This document shows, piece by piece, positions 53,826 through 64,000 of a DNA stretch of 64,000 bases; positions within the stretch are counted from its first letter, which is position 1, and the number at the start of each line of letters is the position of its first letter. The DNA is from Balanoglossus misakiensis. Lineage: Eukaryota > Animalia > Hemichordata. The notes beneath the pieces were generated by a model. The model did not search any database and was not told the origin of the DNA. It saw nothing but the letters and a program-made list of their open reading frames with translations. The DNA lies in NCBI GenBank assembly GCA_040954595.2, contig CM082577.2, forward strand, positions 1,922,001 through 1,986,000, in the 5' to 3' direction. Position numbers and translations under genes: made by a program.

Positions 53826-56296
53826 AGAGGAAAGTGCCATCTCGCACGTCTCCATGCAAACAAGTGTGTTTTGCAGTCGTTCAGTGATGTTGCAAATAAA
53901 CGTCGTACACAGCGAATAAAGGAAGTTCCAAGGATATTTTCCCCGAATCTTACACTTGAAGTGTGATTTCCACTGATAATTCTCAGCCCTTGGGACAAAG
54001 AAGATTTTCAGGTTCTGCATGGGTGAATAAATTCAGTGTGTTACACACTGTGATTTACTGTCATGGGGATTTCTTCAGAGACCATCGCTGTTGAAACCTT
54101 CATTGAAGTATATCCCAGTTCCCTGTGGGTATGACAGTTAGATTCATTAGAAGTGAGAAAGTCAAGGTCACCATTAGATCCTCTTCATAGAGTATAACTT
54201 TAAACTGTACTGTACGCTCAACCGACAATCGATCAGGGATAAAGATGAATAATTTATATGTGTAAAAAATAGAAACATATTCACAGAAAAATTGCTTGAA
54301 TAGTCAAAACACATTCATAAAATAAAGTATGGATATAAAAAATTAACCTAGAAGCAGACATATTTTTGATTACATTAGTTAATTTGACCCCCCCCCCCCT
54401 TCCCTTTAATGATCAGAAATCACAAAAGATTTGTTGGGGGACAAGTTTTATGAACATCACCAGTAAATTTCTTTCAAAACCAAGTTATGTTGTTACATTT
54501 TTTAGCATGCCCTCCCGACACGGACCAAGTTCTTTTAAAATATGCACACATTCACACAAAAAAATGAAGTGCAGCTGACTTGATGCATACAAAAGCGTGC
54601 ATGGAGAATGAATGGTTGTTTACATTGCACCGATGAATGGGCTTTTGCAGATAGAGGGGAAGTTTTCTTTTGTCGAGTTCCTGTTTGATGGTTTGGATGA
54701 GAGTTTCTCTGAAGTGCAAGGTTCACAGCCCAGCTGCTGCTTCTGCGAAACATTTGGCATTGATTCAGATATCGGTCTTCCTCTCTTCCGATGCATTCTT
54801 CTCTTTTATCAGTCACCACCAAAGCTTCTCTTGTGCTTTCCTCCGTTATTTTCTGAGATCAGGATGCCGCATTCAAATGCTGTTTTATGGTGTTACAGCT
54901 CATTCAAGTTGTTTATTCTACTGAATTAAATAAAACGGTTAACAAATGTCACTGTTTGAGTTCTGGTTGAGAATGTTTTTCTGGTGGCAATGATGATAGT
55001 TGGATTTGTGAAATTTCAACAGAATGCAAAACAGGAAATAAGAAAGTGCATATTTTTTCAAAACGTACATGTATGATAATGATGCAGACAAAAATGAACC
55101 ACTGACACAGATTCCAGACAGGGTAACAATTTAATTTTGCTCTTAGAGTTTCAGTAATCGCCCTAGCACATATTTTGCACCAGCTTGGGATCAATAATAC
55201 ATCTGGCAATATTTTTCTAATTGCCTACTTGTTCTGCCAAGATAACTTATGAATTCAAGGTCACTTTTATAAGCTACTTGACTCTTATTCGTAAGTGGTA
55301 GCTGCCTGATTGGTTCATGCATGTCTACGGTGTTTAGGGTCAAATGATTATAGCCACATTTTTCTCTCTGTTCCATTCTGTTCATCAGTTGATCAGGTAG
55401 TTAATTCTGCATTGAAAAATTAAAATAACTTTAAATTATCCTGTTGTCAAAAAGATTCAGAAAATATTTGAGTCAGTGGTAAATATGGCACATCTCAGAG
55501 GCACCATCCATTCAGACATAATGCTATTTATATTTAATTATCGACTGACAAGTCTTTAATTAAATCATAAAAACTTTTCTACACAGACTTAATCAGTCTC
55601 TTTCCCCTCAAACATATTAACAGTAAATTTACTCATCAAGTTGAGTCAGTGAAAGAAAGATATATGGAATTCTGTGTAGATTACTGGGAAAGTTATAGTC
55701 TTGCTGACAGCACGTATGAAATATAATATTTACGGCCCTAAGATATTGATATTTGTGAAACGTGTCTCATCGTGTGCATGTGAAAGTGATGAATCTTCTT
55801 ATTTTTCTGATTGACACTTTTCGTCAAGTTTTGCATGTAAACAAACTTTTTCTGTCAGGAATTGAGATGATAGCAGAGTAAAGTAGGTGGCAGTACAGAG
55901 ATTCGATTGCTTCCCTCAAGGATCCCCAGATAAGTTCTGCGTTATCATAAAGTGTAATTGGGGTTTTGATCTGGAAGCGCCAAAACCACATCAGTGAGTG
56001 GATTTCAGTGCGTCACAGTTTTTTTGTCTGGATGGATTTCGTAAACACCTCCGGTGGAGTGAGTGACGAAGGTGGCAGGCACTGGCAACGCAATATCCTG
56101 TGACAGACTACAAACGTCAGAATTTGTGCCCAGTGCGTTTCACGGAGGCTAGAGCAAGTGAACCGTTAAATGGTGGCGGTGCGTGACAAAGACTGGTAAT
56201 TTTCATCTTAATGACGATAGATGGCTTTGCGCGAACCTTTGTGAATCTGTGTCATATTTCGGTGAGCATGAACGAACACACGCAAACACAAACAAA

Positions 56297-56336
56297 ATGA
56301 CAGCGAGTATCAACAAACTTAGTGGAACAAATGCAG
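56297..56336 (+). CDS. Candidate alternative first coding exon MTASINKLSGTNA (phase 1)
   Basis: caaaATG, 13 codons + 1 nt, donor CAG|GTATAC; CpG-retaining surroundings; phase 1 matches the candidate exons at 57294 and 63540. Confidence 0.3.
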
Positions 56337-57293
56337 GTATACCTGAAAACTAGAGTGCAGCTAAATTCGCTTCTGAATTTTAATTGCCATAAGTGCTACA
56401 TGTTTGCTAGTTTTTGTTGAATCGCAAATCTCTTCTTCCAAACCCGACTGACTGACAATATTTTACGGCGTGATGAAACATCCATCTCTTGTTGTCAAGG
56501 AAGATTACGGCAAATCTGTGTTTCTTTGGAAGCGAATTCCTGAAAGTGTATTGTTCGAAGAAAATCGCATTTGGCGTTCTGAGGGGACCACTTCAAAGTG
56601 CGGAGGAGAGTAATCGCTGATTCATGGTTGGTTTGCTGTTAAAAAAAATTGCGCATAAGCCCATTAAAATAAACTCTCCTTCATCAAGGTGTCATGCTTC
56701 AATACAGGTAATGATCAACATCTGTTATCGAAACCATCCATCATCGGTTTTCGTCGAAATGACGTGATTATACGCCGCGTCGGGTGTGTTATTGGTGATT
56801 GCGATGAGAGGGTAAACAAGCATGGCATGGTCTCTCACACGTACATGCTTGTATTTTCATAACTTTGAAAAATATTCACAGTACACCTTGCGTCGTTTTG
56901 TCGTATTTGCCTGTAAGGCGTAAGAGGAAGTGATGTCATCAAGTGAATCTAATAGCTGCTACACTCAGTTTAGCGAAATATCTGGTATTTCATATTGCTA
57001 CATTTATCGTATAGCTGGAAGCCTTCGGGTGTTTTGTGTTTTTTGGGTGAACGAACGATTTAATAAGAAAAGATGAAAAACAAAACCTTTAATGTCGTTT
57101 CTTATCTCACTGATAGCATGTCATTGAGCTTTCATTGGACGTAATCGACACAAATAATCTCATAAATATGCGACGTGTTCTCTCATCAATTTTTTTAAAT
57201 AGCTTTGTTACTGAAAGAATTACCCGTATTGGAAGGAAATGTGATTCGTACGCTGACATATAAGCAGAACATTCGGCTGGTTTTGTATTTCAG

Positions 57294-57355
57294 CAGAGTT
57301 TCAGCCACACAGCACATTCAGCTCCGACTTCATTTCTGAGGTGCATGCTAAATCG
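57294..57355 (+). CDS. Candidate small internal exon (phase 1 to 0): (A)EFQPHSTFSSDFISEVHAKS
   Basis: Branch-like gctgac (about 57252), ttttgtatttCAGCAG tandem acceptor, consensus donor TCG|GTGAGT at 57355/57356; open in the frame required by the phase-1 donor at 42309. Confidence 0.5.
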
Positions 57356-58374
57356 GTGAGTACTCACAAAAAGTGGGAAGCTATGGATAGGACGCGCAAA
57401 AATTGCGGAAAAAAACAGAATCCGAGCAGAATTACAGTTAACCTTGTTGATTGATGTACGACAAATGGACGGACGTGTTGTCCTGCTTTCGTGTGAGAGA
57501 AATCAAATAAAGTAACAGTACATAATTTCTTCAGGAGTTTGGAAGTTGCCGGCGCACTGACAGATGTCGGTTCTCATGGTAACTCAGTGCTTGCCCGAGG
57601 CAGACGAATTCATCGGGTTAACCCATTACGGAGGGAATCAGTCACATTGTGTTGACTGTTATTATGTTATCATGTACCGTGCGTCAGTTTGGATTCTGAT
57701 GTCATGTTCTCTTCTGAGAAAAGTCTACTGAGAGTAGAGTATGCCCACCCCTCCTCCTCCCCCGGTGTAGGAAGTCCCAAAACTCCCACCAATCAAGTCT
57801 ATAGGTTTCTGTTTGTGGGAAAGAGCTAGGAAAGCAAAATGTTCCGCGAAATACACTCAGGGTCGAAGGATCATAAATGCCAGCCACGTGTTCGTGGAAA
57901 TAACGGATCACCCATGAGGTTTCTCACACAGATTGGGACACAAATTGAATTTTTGCCGTGGTTTTTAGTGTACACGACACTGTGCGTGTGTATGTGAGGC
58001 GGTTGTATAATGCTTGCCTTGCCGCAGCATTTTATCAGCGGCTAGCGGCACATACAGTGTGATTGATGGCGGCAGAGTAGTGTTTGGGAGGCGGTGCCCA
58101 CATCTCATGTATAACTTAATAAATTTAATACACTGTGGCTGCATGTAATAACCAAACATTACAGGTGGTGACAGTTTCCCGGCAAAGGAGATGCTTTGAG
58201 GTGCATGCTGTTTGCAGTCTCGCGCTCCGTGGTGTCACAAGCTCACTGGCAGAGCTCAACAACCTGAAAAGTTGCACCCAAGGCGTTTCTCTTGAACAGA
58301 GGCTGGTCTTTTCTCATGTGATATCATATACTGTTGGAACATTTTGTGCCAATGACTGCATAACACAGACGTTG

Positions 58375-58489
58375 ATGGTGCGACGTTTGAGATCCAACAC
58401 TCATCAGGGGTACTCTGCTAATTCACGAAAACTTCTGGTGTGCAGTTTTGTTGTCGTTGTCATATTTGGACAAGGCAGTTACCACTTAG
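58375..58489 (+). CDS. Candidate alternative first exon ending at a strong donor; possible MVRRLRSNTHQGYSANSRKLLVCSFVVVVIFGQGSYHL (phase 1)
   Basis: Donor TAG|GTAAGC at 58489/58490; ATG 58375 gives 38 codons + 1 nt; phase fits the exon at 63540. Could equally be non-coding. Confidence 0.25.
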
Positions 58490-59500
58490 GTAAGCTACAT
58501 ACAATATTTGTTGATATTATGAAAAACAGAACCTGATTATGTTCTTGTTTCTTCATTCTTTGCATTCTGTTGGCTCCATCAGACATGTTGAAGGAGGGAA
58601 ATACAAGTTTTGCCATATGGCATCAAGTTTTTTTTTTACAATCTGTGCTTCTCAGCAATATTAAGAAATTTGACAGTACAATCTATTAGTTTAGTAATGA
58701 CAGAGTTTAATTGTTAAACAAAGCCCATAACGGCAATAAGGATATTGAGCAACTGTGATTCAAGGCCATTTAATGTAGATTAATTGGACATTCAATTAGG
58801 GCATTGTATAAGCCATTATTGTATCCCTGTGATTAAATTGCTACTATCCCCAGGTCATCCCTAAATCATTTTCCACACACCAGACACGGGGCATTATGAG
58901 CTTAAATTAGTTCCAGAAGATTAGTATTACCAGGGCAGTGCATACGGGTCAGGAAATTATCCAGTCTGGACGAGATCATCTGAAAAGTAATTAACAGTCG
59001 TAGTTGCATATTGCCGTGTTTGGTTCGTTTTGATCAGAATACGGCAGAGAGATCATTGGCGTTGTGCTGGATGTCGAGACGTAAAGTTGAGAAGCTGCCG
59101 TAAGCCTGAATCGGTGAAGTGTGACGTATCAGTCAGTAGCGAGATTTAGGGGAGATGATCGCGGTATCTTTGTAGACCGATCCCCCCCCCCCCCACCCAG
59201 AGTGAATAACTGTGTTTGCAAAAAGGCAGCTATTCCCTCACACATTGCTCCATCTGTCAGTGATGTAGTGTTGGTGGTTTTTACCGTGCAGATCGACTCC
59301 CCTTCACTTGTCACTTGATCCACACTCATCAGATCATACGTGAAATCGACTGTCCACTGGATTGGTTCAATTTTAAGTCACCCCTGAAATTGAGTCTTTG
59401 CTCCAGCACCTCTTACGGTCAGCAATGGAGAAGGTTATTATAAATGAACTCATAATTTTCCAGTAGTTTGTTCTGTCTGTCAACCATGCAGCTACTGAGT

Positions 59501-59524
59501 GGGGGGGGGGGGGGGGGGGGGGGG
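59501..59524. repeat. Poly-G tract (24 nt)
   Basis: Directly visible. Confidence 0.95.
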
Positions 59525-60135
59525 ATAATACGAAAAACAAAAGTACAGAAACAAATAGCTGAAAAGATACAGCTAATGGAACTTTAAGGATGTGTATCTT
59601 AAAATTCAAGGTCATATCACATTCTATATAAACTTGCAGATGCTGATAACAGCAATGAACAGTCTGGAAGTTTTCAACTTATTTCCTAAAATTAATCTGT
59701 ATATGACTTTTGGATTCTTCCATATACGTACGTGGATGTAAATATCTGTGATTAATAGAAAAGCTCTGCTGAAAATGTGACATGTAGCATTTTTTTTATG
59801 CCAATCCAGCCAGGCAATATCTGTTTTCCTGGCAAAGTTACGTGCGATTACCATTTATCACTCCACGTTTGACATTTCTAGTTCCTGATCAGTTTGTTGT
59901 TGTGGAGTCGACTGCTTTAAATGTACACATGTGACATGCCGAAGCTAACATTTTATGAAATCCGTTGAATAAGAAATGCCAATGTTATATTAATAAGCCG
60001 TGGGTACGCAGTGGAATTGTGAAATGGTGAAAAGCAGAGCGTGGGGGAATCGTAATTTGGAGATTTTGTTTCCTCTTGTTTGTTCGCAATGCACGTACAC
60101 CAATCCACCACCTCACCCACGCATGTCGGTACCCT

Positions 60136-60153
60136 CCCCCCCCCCCCCCCCCC
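60136..60153. repeat. Poly-C tract (18 nt)
   Basis: Directly visible. Confidence 0.9.
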
Positions 60154-61042
60154 ACTACCACCAACGCCCAAATCAGGGACAATTTACACAGGAAGTCGTG
60201 CCTCTGTATGTCCTCAGGGGGTCCTGGGAGAGGAACCTCAAGAGAAAAAAACATCGCAATGACAAGCACGTCAGCTCGACTAATTCTCAAAGAAGTGGAG
60301 ACTAGTCACTCTACCCTGCCGTGGAAATAAGTAAATGGGTTCTATAATCACATTTGGAGACGCATAAATCGTAGCTGAAACGGCAAACTCTTTCGCGTTA
60401 CGGTCTGCACAGGAAAGACGATATTCGCGGCTACTTTACTGTTATGTGGTGGGATTTCCTCTCCCATGAACTCTTGGTCCGGTTTTAAAAAGACGACACG
60501 AAAGTAAATATCACCTCAAAGGGAGCCGCAAGACTTTCATTCAAGCGTGTTCGGCTGATTGGTTTTATTCAAAATTGATATTTTATCGTCACTTTTCATG
60601 TAAATTGGTAAAACACGATTGCAGTGAAGAGTTCAAAGCTCTTTGGCCCCTTATGAAAATGTCATTTTTGCTGGTTGCCTGATGGAACTTTGATGTATAT
60701 GGTACACTGTACGTAATATGACATCAAAACAAACAAGACCAGCAATTTAGCTCTTATATTGAGCGACAATGAAAAAAAAATGTAGAAGGAACAAAAAATC
60801 CAGAGAGAGTAAATAATACTGAATAGACTCGCATGAAACTAAACTATGCCCAGTGTACGGTACCAGTCTAGAACCCCTCGTCTTGCTTGAGGGCTAATGT
60901 CATCGATGAGGAAGTGCATTGTATATAGTGGTCGGTGTGCGTGTTAAATTATCGGCGACAGAGGGCCGTGTCAGGATAATCAGTGGAATGTGCATGGGTC
61001 GGTTCTCCTCTCTCATTGCGTAAGACCCCGCTAGACACTTGT

Positions 61043-61056
61043 GTTGCCATGGTAAC
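61043..61056. promoter_or_regulatory. RFX X-box GTTGCCATGGTAAC
   Basis: Matches the consensus, one base from the perfect palindrome. Confidence 0.55.
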
Positions 61057-63539
61057 TCTTGCCTCCAATGTCTGGATGCTGAAAAGAGAATCGGCGTGGG
61101 TTTGGGCAGCGTGTGGAGTGATATATTCAGAGTGGAGTTTAACTCGTTGGTAGGCGTCGGAATTTGCTTGACTGCAAAATTTTTGTTTCCGCGTTTCCTT
61201 GAATTGATTAGCGTGATTAGGCAGGAAATGCACCAGTGACGTCATCGTCAGATTCTTCAATCCGGCACTTTTGGCGATTCTTAATCAAAAACTGCAATAG
61301 TATTAATCTTTGGTCGTTAATGACGAAAGAAATGTCGGGGGCATTGGAGCAGATTTTCTCACAGAAACCGGATGTCTACAGCTGTGAAAATGTAATAAAA
61401 CTCCCATGTTTCAAGCTGCTGTTTCTTTGAAAATGGCCACTTAAGTGGTTTCCAATGCGAGTGTCGTTATTTATGCCACATAACATGTACCGGTACGTGT
61501 ATGTAGTTGACATCATTTATTTAAAACAACACAAATCTTCAGTCCTAAAATATTCATTTATTGGACTATTTCTGTAGAATAAGTACCAAATTGAAACTGA
61601 AGGAAAGTCTCTTATACTAGTATTTCAGAATATTTCGGAAAAGGTAAAAATGTTTCAGGTGTGTAGAATTTACCGTACCAGTACTCAGTTTTCTCTTGAC
61701 CATCTTTTGCTGCAATACAGTTTGATTGTTTTCTTTTTCCTGAATATTTGATCAGTGTCATCAATTTGCTTGGAGATAAAATAAATGATGTTGCTGCTTT
61801 ATAATGCATTTAATTTTTTTGCTCAATCAAATGTTTACATTTCGCATTGCGGTTGTCATTGACAGAAGTGGCTGTGTAGGAACAGGTGGCCCTTTTATGA
61901 GATTTGATATTACTCCCAGTAAGTTAATGTGCAGATCTGCTTTATGAGATGAATTGGGAAAATACCACAGCTCACAGCAACCGATAGCCAACCTCTGCTG
62001 TCTGATTTTAACCGGCATTATTAATATTCCCACAGTTTGTATTGGTAGCTTTTTTTTTCATTTAACATAAAATGTCTCTATCTGATGCCTTTTAAAGTGA
62101 CTTTCCATTAGCTTTTATGCATCAAAGTGGGATTCTACAAGAATTTCCAAAAAGACGGATTATGTGCAGTAGACAGTTTAAGTAAGAATCATTGTCCTCA
62201 AAGGGCATTTCTGCAGATGCACAGACTGAGAAATGGCCGACTTGTGACAGTCGATGGACTGGAGGAGGTTTGCATTGGAAGGTGTGCAAAAGGCCTAAGC
62301 TGTCATTAGTGAAGTGGAGTGTGTGCGAAACAGCGGTCGGTGTGTGCTTTTAAAGTATCACAAGCAATTTTTGATTCTCTGCTCTGATGTGTGCTGTGTC
62401 TCTGTCGGAGTGCTGATCTCGGAGTGAATGCTGAGAAAGAGACAGAAGGAATATCAATTCAGTCTGGAATTTTTCCTCTTCTCTGTCGATTCACTGATGA
62501 ATGGAAGCCTGTGCCGATAAGTGAGGCTAGTGATCTCCTCAACAATCAAATGATGAATTTCACTCTTGTAACTCTCATAGTAGTGTTTGCACCATTGTGG
62601 TACATCCTCCAACTCAGGATGATCATGTCTTCTTGTGGTTTGCCTGATCCTGTTTCTGTGTCTCGTACATAAATGTCATACCTTTCACATTTAGTGTTGA
62701 GAGTTCTGTCTGAGAGTAAAAAAAAACATCGCAACAGTGAGTGAGTTTGTTGGTGTGTTATTAATTCAGCTCTTAAACTCTAAACACTGCCCTTCTTTGA
62801 GTCGACCGATCGTCGTCTACATGTACCATGTAAGAATTAACAGAATTCAAGTTTTGCCATGATATTCAATCATGACAATAGTCTCTCAGTGTGTTGATCA
62901 GAACTTTTAAATATTCAGTGAAACGCCTGGCTACTTCCACTGTTTCTTTCCGTTGCATCTGGTAACCTTTGATAATTTCCCCCCCACCCTCCCCCCAAGC
63001 CCCAGCAATCTGAGAAACCGGGATTTAGATACACACCAACAAAGTTTTCTGGGAAGGAGATATAGTTTATGATGGTTACATTTTGATCGAAGCGGAAACA
63101 AACAAAACTTTCTTATTGAACTAATTCATGGAAAATGTTGAGATACTAGCTGATAGTGAAGTGATTTAGGTCTCAATCCATTTTTCTTTTCAGTCGTGCA
63201 TTCCCTGCTAAGATCGTGTGGATTTTGTCGTAAAATTTAATGGGCTCTAATTGAGAGGTTATGGGACTGTTGATTTTGAATTAAGCCAAGCTAGGCAGTG
63301 ATAACGAATATTGGCATAGCTGTAAAAAAATGCTGTGTGATCGACTAAAAAGTCTCTCCAAGTGTCTTCAGCCAAAAGTAAAATTTAAGCTGACAGTTGA
63401 TATAGGCATCTGGGCTAGCTGTGCCTGTGACAGTTTATCAATCCAGCAGGATAATTTTTTTGTCATCCGTCGTCGTGCAATTTCGTTGATTATTTCACTA
63501 AAACCCCCGACCGATGACCTGCACGTCATGTTTTTTCAG

Positions 63540-63586
63540 ATTTTGACGTCTGGGTACAGGGTGCACCCGCCTCGACCATTATGGAG
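63540..63586 (+). CDS. Candidate small internal exon (phase 1 to 0): (D)FDVWVQGAPASTIME
   Basis: Acceptor ttttttcAG (63538-63539); weaker donor GAG|GTCGGT at 63586/63587; open and protein-like when entered in phase 1 (also open in phase 0). Confidence 0.45.
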
Positions 63587-64000
63587 GTCGGTCGGTTATT
63601 TATTCATAACTCGATAATCAAAACTATGATGTTGCCATGGTGACAGTCTGCAAAGTACTGATATAGAAATTCACCCGGTTAACATCGCATAAATTCGCAA
63701 AGTCAGCGGGGAATAGTGACACGGCGAACTGTTACAACATGCTGGGCTTGTGACGCAATTGACTGGAATTGACTTTTAACAACGACTCATAAAAACACAA
63801 GCGTGTGTAATGAATTTTCAGCCTTGGCTACAAGAAAACAAGGGCTGACGTTATAAAAAATTTAATTAAGAGAAATAAGCTACTCTGGTAGTTTGCGTCC
63901 TTGGAGTGAATTGGGTTCTTGTTTTAAAAAGTTTCGATTTTGAGGGGGGGGGGGAGGGCAGACAACAATATATATGCAAAGTAGATCATTACAGGAGCAA

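Noticed and set aside
59311-59332. tcacttgatccacactcatcag resembles mature miR-279 (14-nt exact core gatccacactcatc)
   Set aside because: Two mismatches fall in the seed and the upstream arm pairs only partially; a match of this length is plausible by chance.
298-63586. Assigning a gene name such as PDE4 or PRKAG2
   Set aside because: Only the architecture is similar; no diagnostic conserved sequence of those families is present in the window.
1-64000. CRISPR array, prokaryotic defence system, operon, tRNA/rRNA or intact transposase/RT
   Set aside because: No regularly spaced repeat-spacer array, very low coding density and spliceosomal intron signals; no such genes recognised.

Overview
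Eukaryotic (animal, probably marine invertebrate) genomic DNA. It is AT-rich and almost entirely intronic, with microsatellites, long G/C homopolymers and short TIR-bounded non-autonomous transposons. I saw no prokaryotic features, no rRNA/tRNA/CRISPR and no intact transposase or RT ORF; nearly all ORFs in the six-frame track are noise. The window holds the 5' part of one large + strand spliced gene. Three exons join in frame with canonical GT-AG sites (298-377, 12399-13328, 42020-42309; about 433 codons of a Ser/Asn/acidic, probably disordered N-terminus). Two more candidate small exons lie at 57294-57355 and 63540-63586, and the gene runs off the right edge, so I cannot name it. The most notable signals are: (i) a series of short ATG-to-donor candidate alternative first exons whose phases match the next shared exon; (ii) a twice-repeated 11-aa motif DKII[AT]MCS[ED][IV]F, plus DDVF, RVxF-type, NPF and basophilic kinase motifs; (iii) many near-perfect RFX X-box palindromes across the locus. 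All gene structure was inferred by eye and needs RNA evidence.
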